From NCBI GenBank assembly GCA_963667175.2, contig CAXXXF010000012.1, positions 1 to 64,000 of the forward strand: a stretch of DNA of 64,000 nucleotides, given 5' to 3'. Every line of letters begins with the position of its first letter. Positions within the stretch are counted from its first letter, which is position 1. Below are positions 59,560 to 64,000 of this stretch, piece after piece. The notes under the pieces were generated by a model, which saw only the letters and a list, made by a program, of their open reading frames with translations, did no database searches and was not told the DNA's origin. The translations under genes and the position numbers were made by a program. Source of the stretch: Candidatus Latescibacterota bacterium (GTDB lineage Bacteria > Latescibacterota > UBA2968 > GCA-2709665).

Positions 59560-60774
59560 TCACGCCCTCGCGTGCTGAGACTCCGCCGACGCCTGGTAGG
59601 CTACGTCAACGTCCGGTGTCTCCAGGCGCTTCCCGCCCAGCAGTCCGGACGTGAGGCAGGCCTCGAGAATTCCGCAGACGATAAGCGTCCGTTCGGGCGG
59701 ATAAGGCGCGCTTCCGTTTTCGATCATCTCCACGATCTTGTGGACCAGGCTCGCCGAGTAGGTGACGTTGGGCGTGGGCGACAGGAGAAACTGCGTGGAT
59801 GCCGGCGCGTCGAGTCCGTCCACCCGCGCGGCAAAGCAATAGTCGCGCACGGCCCCGTTCAGCATGAGAAGCGTCGCCCTCAAGCCGTCCCGGTACTCGA
59901 TAAAGTAGGCCGCGGGATTCTTCGCGAGACCCGGCAACTCCCCGGCCCCCAGGAGGTCCCGGGTGCGGCCGTCTTCTTCGGGCAGGCCGCATGGCGTATC
60001 GCTTCGCGAAAGCGCCGCTTCCAGCAGGTCCCGGGACCATCGGCCCTCCTCGCCGGCCCGCCAGACGGCGTCGCCTTCGATCATCTGTACAGCCCTGACG
60101 CCGGTTTCCCCGCCCTGCCTGCGTTCGACCATGCATTGCATGGCCTCCAGCGCGTGGTAGTCCATGGCGTCCGAGCCGCCCACCCCCACCATCAGGGCCT
60201 CCTGAACGCCGCAGTCCAGCGGCAACTCCAGGTCCGGCAGCCGATAGCTTACGGGCAGCGACGACCCCGCCAGAAGCGGAAACCCGAGGCGTCGGGAGTC
60301 AGCCACCATCTCGCGGGCTTTCCCAAAGCTGTAGGAAAGGTGTTTGTCGTTAAACACGGGCACGGCAACGCCGTCCTGCTCAAAGACTCTGACGCACTCC
60401 TTGAAGAACTCATACCGCGGATAGAGTTTCTGCCCCTTGTCGTTATTCGGGTACTCGCCGTGCTCCCCGATGATCAACACCGCATCCACGGCCAGCCGGT
60501 CGGCGCCGCAGCGCAGCGCCCCGGCGATGGAGTCGTAGACGTCAAACCCGAATTCCCATGCGCGGTCCCGGCTCTGGTCACCCTCCGGCCTCTGGTCCAC
60601 GTAGAGCGAAACGATGCGCGTATTCGGCCGCCGCCACCGCCCTTCATACGGGTACCCGACCTCGAACCGATCCGCGATATGCTGCGCGTGGGAGAGGTAG
60701 CGATAGATGGTGGCGATCACGGCGAGACGCCGTGGCGCGACAGCCGGCGTGCCCTTTTCTCCGCGGCAATCCAT
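59560..60774 (-). CDS. Conserved hypothetical oxidoreductase-like protein, paralog B
   Basis: Shares SHAQHI, LYVDQ, GEHG.Y, FNDKHLS, AGSSLPV and ERR.GGETGV with its neighbour. Confidence 0.8.
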   Translation of the reverse strand: MDCRGEKGTPAVAPRRLAVIATIYRYLSHAQHIADRFEVGYPYEGRWRRPNTRIVSLYVDQRPEGDQSRDRAWEFGFDVYDSIAGALRCGADRLAVDAVLIIGEHGEYPNNDKGQKLYPRYEFFKECVRVFEQDGVAVPVFNDKHLSYSFGKAREMVADSRRLGFPLLAGSSLPVSYRLPDLELPLDCGVQEALMVGVGGSDAMDYHALEAMQCMVERRQGGETGVRAVQMIEGDAVWRAGEEGRWSRDLLEAALSRSDTPCGLPEEDGRTRDLLGAGELPGLAKNPAAYFIEYRDGLRATLLMLNGAVRDYCFAARVDGLDAPASTQFLLSPTPNVTYSASLVHKIVEMIENGSAPYPPERTLIVCGILEACLTSGLLGGKRLETPDVDVAYQASAESQHARA

Positions 60775-62010
60775 TCACGTTCTCCAGAAGGTCGATTCGG
60801 GATTGGGCAGGTAGCGCACGTTCAGATGCGGCGTCTGAACCCGTGCCTGGTCCCGGTTCAGACTCTCCACCCCGGCGGCCACGAGTCCCGTGGTGAGCAG
60901 GGTCCGCTCAACGGGGTACGTGGCTTCTCCGGTGAGGAACATCTGCTCCACGTTGTTGACCTGAGGCGAAAAGAAATTCGCCAGGGTCGTGTGCGCGGGC
61001 GGCATGGGCAGGTACATCTGGGTGGACAGAGGATGGCGCCGACCCGCGAGGAGCGCCGCGAAATTGAAATCCCGCACCACGCCGTTGAGCAGAATCATGG
61101 TGGATTTCAGGCCGTCGTTGTGTTCGTACTGGTAGGCAATGGGGTCGTCCTCGAGCGACTTCATCTCGTCCAGTGTGGGAAGCACGTGGCTGAAACCCGC
61201 GCGAGGTTGCGCCAGCGTGTGGCTGCGCGCCAGGCAGGACTCGAAGAGTTCCCGCGACCAGACACTGTCATGGTGGGCTGCCCAGAAGCGTTCGCCCCGG
61301 TACGTGTCGAGCCACCGGACGCCCGTCTCGCCTCCCCGGCGCCGCTCCACCATGCACTGCAGCGTCTCGAGAGCGTGAAAATCATAGCTGTCCACCCCAC
61401 CGTAACCGACGCACATGGCTTCGGTCACGCGGGCGTCAAGCGGCATGTCGATGGAGGGCGTCCGCCACGTCACCGGGAGCGACGAGCCCGCCATGAAGGC
61501 GAACCCCATCTCCCGTGAAACATCGTACATCTCTTTCGCCCATTCCCAGCGCCACGACAGATGCTTGTCGTTGAAGACCGGCGCGCTCCTGCCGGACGTG
61601 CGGTACACAGCCGCGACCTGCTTGAACAACTCGTACCGCGGATAGAGGTGCTGACCCTTGTCGTTCGTGCCGTACTGTCCGTGTTCGCCCACGAGAAGGA
61701 CGCCATCCACGGCCAGGTCCCGCCCGCCGCGGGTCAGGGCATCGCCCACGGTGGGATGGATGGCCATGCCGGGAAAACGGGCGGCCCGCTCGCTGCTCAG
61801 GTCGCCCTCCGGGCGCTGATCCACGTAGAGCGAGACCAGGTCCATGGGCGGATGGTGATGCCTGCCGTTCCAGCCGTAACCTTCGAGGAAGCGGTCGCAG
61901 ATGTGCTGGGCGTGCGAGTACTTGCGGTACTCGGTAACGACGGCGGCGATCTTCGGTCGGTCGGCCACGGTGTCGATGTGTCCTTGTGTGTGGCTTATGG
62001 AGGAGGTCAA
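60775..62010 (-). CDS. Conserved hypothetical oxidoreductase-like protein, paralog A
   Basis: Same motif set as paralog B; abuts it with no gap. Confidence 0.8.
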   Translation of the reverse strand: MTSSISHTQGHIDTVADRPKIAAVVTEYRKYSHAQHICDRFLEGYGWNGRHHHPPMDLVSLYVDQRPEGDLSSERAARFPGMAIHPTVGDALTRGGRDLAVDGVLLVGEHGQYGTNDKGQHLYPRYELFKQVAAVYRTSGRSAPVFNDKHLSWRWEWAKEMYDVSREMGFAFMAGSSLPVTWRTPSIDMPLDARVTEAMCVGYGGVDSYDFHALETLQCMVERRRGGETGVRWLDTYRGERFWAAHHDSVWSRELFESCLARSHTLAQPRAGFSHVLPTLDEMKSLEDDPIAYQYEHNDGLKSTMILLNGVVRDFNFAALLAGRRHPLSTQMYLPMPPAHTTLANFFSPQVNNVEQMFLTGEATYPVERTLLTTGLVAAGVESLNRDQARVQTPHLNVRYLPNPESTFWRT

Positions 62011-63038
62011 TCCGCGGGCTTTGGCTCGAAATCGTCCGCTCGCGCGGGCAGTTCAGCCACAAACTGATATCCGGCGTCTGCTTTCTGCCTTTTGAGAATG
62101 CCGACGATCTCCTTCCAGCAGGAGACGAGGCCGACGGGACACCGGGGCATGTCCGCCTTGATCAACGTGTGCAGTTTTCCCAGACGATAGCAGGGTACCG
62201 CGGCGTACATGTGATGTTCGACGTGGTAATTCATATGCCAGTAGAGAAATCGGAACAGCGGATTCAGAATCACGGTCCGGCTGTTCAGCCTGAAATCGGG
62301 CACGTTGTCCTGAAGGCCCACGTGCTGCGTGTTGTTGCAGAGGAAGAGCAGCCACCCGCCGTAGAATGGCGCCAGCGTGACCAGCACCGGAAGCATCCAC
62401 AGACCGAGATAGATCGACACGCCGACAAGCAGCCCGTGCCCCGCAAGCAGGATTCGGGCCCAGTTGAACAGGCGCCGTCGCAGCGCGGGTTCCGACTCCG
62501 GGAACAGGACATGTTCCCATGGCCCCTCCAACTTCCCGAAACACAGGCGAACGACCCCTTTCAATCGGTTGTACAGACCCCAGGGATTGACGACCGCGGC
62601 CTTGAGAAAGCTTCGGAGCGTTATTTCCACCGGCAGTACAACCTCCATATCGTCGGGAGGATGGAGAGTGTACTGGTGGTGCTTGGAGTGGCTGGTCCAG
62701 AAGAACACGGGATTGTACCAGCCCAGGAAACTGAAGACCTTGAGGAACACCACGTTCAGCCACTTCGATCTGAACACCGTGCCGTGGCAGAACTCGTGAA
62801 ATCCGTTCAGGAGGAACGCGTATCCAGTCCCGTGCAGGAACAGGGCCAGGATCAGAAAGGGAAATGCGAGACGTTCGGATGCATAGCAGGCAAACGCGCC
62901 CGTGAGGGCGAGCACGCCAAGATGGCCCAGGGTCTGCATGAACCCCAGGACGTCGCTGCGCCGATTCAACGCGTTCAGCGCATCCCTGTCCAAGGGACAC
63001 CGGTACCAGTTGATCTTGCGTTTATCCTTCGCGTCCAT
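62007..63038 (-). CDS. Membrane fatty-acid desaturase family protein
   Basis: His boxes HEFCH, HSKHH and YHVEHH with TM segments. Confidence 0.9.
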   Translation of the reverse strand: MDAKDKRKINWYRCPLDRDALNALNRRSDVLGFMQTLGHLGVLALTGAFACYASERLAFPFLILALFLHGTGYAFLLNGFHEFCHGTVFRSKWLNVVFLKVFSFLGWYNPVFFWTSHSKHHQYTLHPPDDMEVVLPVEITLRSFLKAAVVNPWGLYNRLKGVVRLCFGKLEGPWEHVLFPESEPALRRRLFNWARILLAGHGLLVGVSIYLGLWMLPVLVTLAPFYGGWLLFLCNNTQHVGLQDNVPDFRLNSRTVILNPLFRFLYWHMNYHVEHHMYAAVPCYRLGKLHTLIKADMPRCPVGLVSCWKEIVGILKRQKADAGYQFVAELPARADDFEPKPAD

Positions 63039-63125
63039 TCCACCATCCCTCGATCGCCAGAACGCACGGGCGCCTGGTCGACGGCGACCTTCTTGAGCAC
63101 TGGGAAATTCCGACACGCGGCGAAG

Positions 63126-64000
63126 TCAACGCTTGCTTGCCGCCACGCCGTTCCGCAACACGCCTATTCCGGAGATTTCGATTTCCACGCGATCGCCCGG
63201 CTTCATGAACGTGCCCGTGGTCGCGCCCACCCCGGAAATGGTGCCGGTGCTGATCAGGTCGCCCGGCTCGAGGGTGATGATCGCCGAGATATACTCGATG
63301 ATCATATCGACAGGGTATAACATCTGTCCCGTGTTGTTGTTCTGTTTTCTCTCGCCGTTCACGTACGTGCTGATCTCCAGCGACTGGGGGTCCTCGATCT
63401 CGTCCGACGTCACGATCCACGGTCCCTGGGGCCCGAACGTATCCAGCCACTTTCCGTTCAACCAGTCGAACCACTTGTCGCGTTCGCGGCTGTCCGTGCG
63501 CTCCTTGATCACCAGGTCCCGTTCGGACACGTCGTTCATGATCGTATAGCCGGCCACGTATTTCAGCGCGTCTTCCGCCTTGACCGCTTTGGCCTTTCTG
63601 CCCATCACCACGGCCAACTCCCCTTCCCAGTCGATCGACCGGGCGACGGGCGGAATCAGAATGCGCTCTCCGGGACCGATCACGGTCGTGGACGGCGGCT
63701 TCATGAACACCCGCGGCGTTTCCCTGTCCTGGACGGCCATCTTGCCGCCGCCTTCTTCAATATGGTCCTGATAGTTTCCCGCCAGGCAGAATACTTTTCG
63801 GGGATTCGGCACAGGCGCCTTGAGCCGTACCTTGCCGATCGGATGGCCGAGCCGGCCGTCCGCTTTCCCTCCAAGCCGGTCCTCGGCGAATCGCGCGACC
63901 TGTTTCGCCGCTCGCAGCCCCGCCCCGCCCGCGTCGAGCAGGCTGAGCATGTCGCCAAACGTACCACGCGCCTCCCGGCCCGCGCTGTTGGCCATTTCCT
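63126..64000 (-). CDS. Fumarylacetoacetate hydrolase family protein, 5'-partial
   Basis: AGNY, DWEGEL, NDVSERD, GK..DTF.P.GP, LEPGDLISTGT. Confidence 0.92.
   Translation of the reverse strand, partial: EMANSAGREARGTFGDMLSLLDAGGAGLRAAKQVARFAEDRLGGKADGRLGHPIGKVRLKAPVPNPRKVFCLAGNYQDHIEEGGGKMAVQDRETPRVFMKPPSTTVIGPGERILIPPVARSIDWEGELAVVMGRKAKAVKAEDALKYVAGYTIMNDVSERDLVIKERTDSRERDKWFDWLNGKWLDTFGPQGPWIVTSDEIEDPQSLEISTYVNGERKQNNNTGQMLYPVDMIIEYISAIITLEPGDLISTGTISGVGATTGTFMKPGDRVEIEISGIGVLRNGVAASKR

Noticed and set aside
1-64000. CRISPR array, tRNA or rRNA genes
   Set aside because: No regularly spaced direct repeats with unique spacers, no cas genes, and no tRNA or rRNA signatures recognised

Overview
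Bacterial window. The GC-rich flanks (about 1-15.9 kb and 57.4-64 kb) carry metabolic and transport genes: a GHMP kinase, nadA, ABC exporters, oxidoreductases, an OprB porin, a Zn alcohol dehydrogenase, a desaturase and an FAH hydrolase. Between them is a ~40 kb defence and toxin-antitoxin island in which every recognisable gene except the IS is on the minus strand. It contains YhaO/YhaN, five further ABC-type ATPases, an Avs-like STAND nuclease, an ATPase-REase fusion, a type I RM system, many TA modules (often with the toxin broken) and an IS3-family element. Four non-coding features stand out. (1) A 762-nt ORF-less group II intron has inserted into a dispersed repeat; its predicted EBS1 matches that repeat, and four unoccupied copies lie in the window. 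(2) A module of GGCT gene or remnant, conserved motif and perfect sigma54 promoter occurs three times and heads the island's gene blocks. (3) Two MITE families have target-site duplications that can be reconstructed. (4) A strong sigma70-like promoter fires directly into a terminator. Several frameshifts in the left flank look like sequencing indels. All family assignments come from motif recognition, not database searches.
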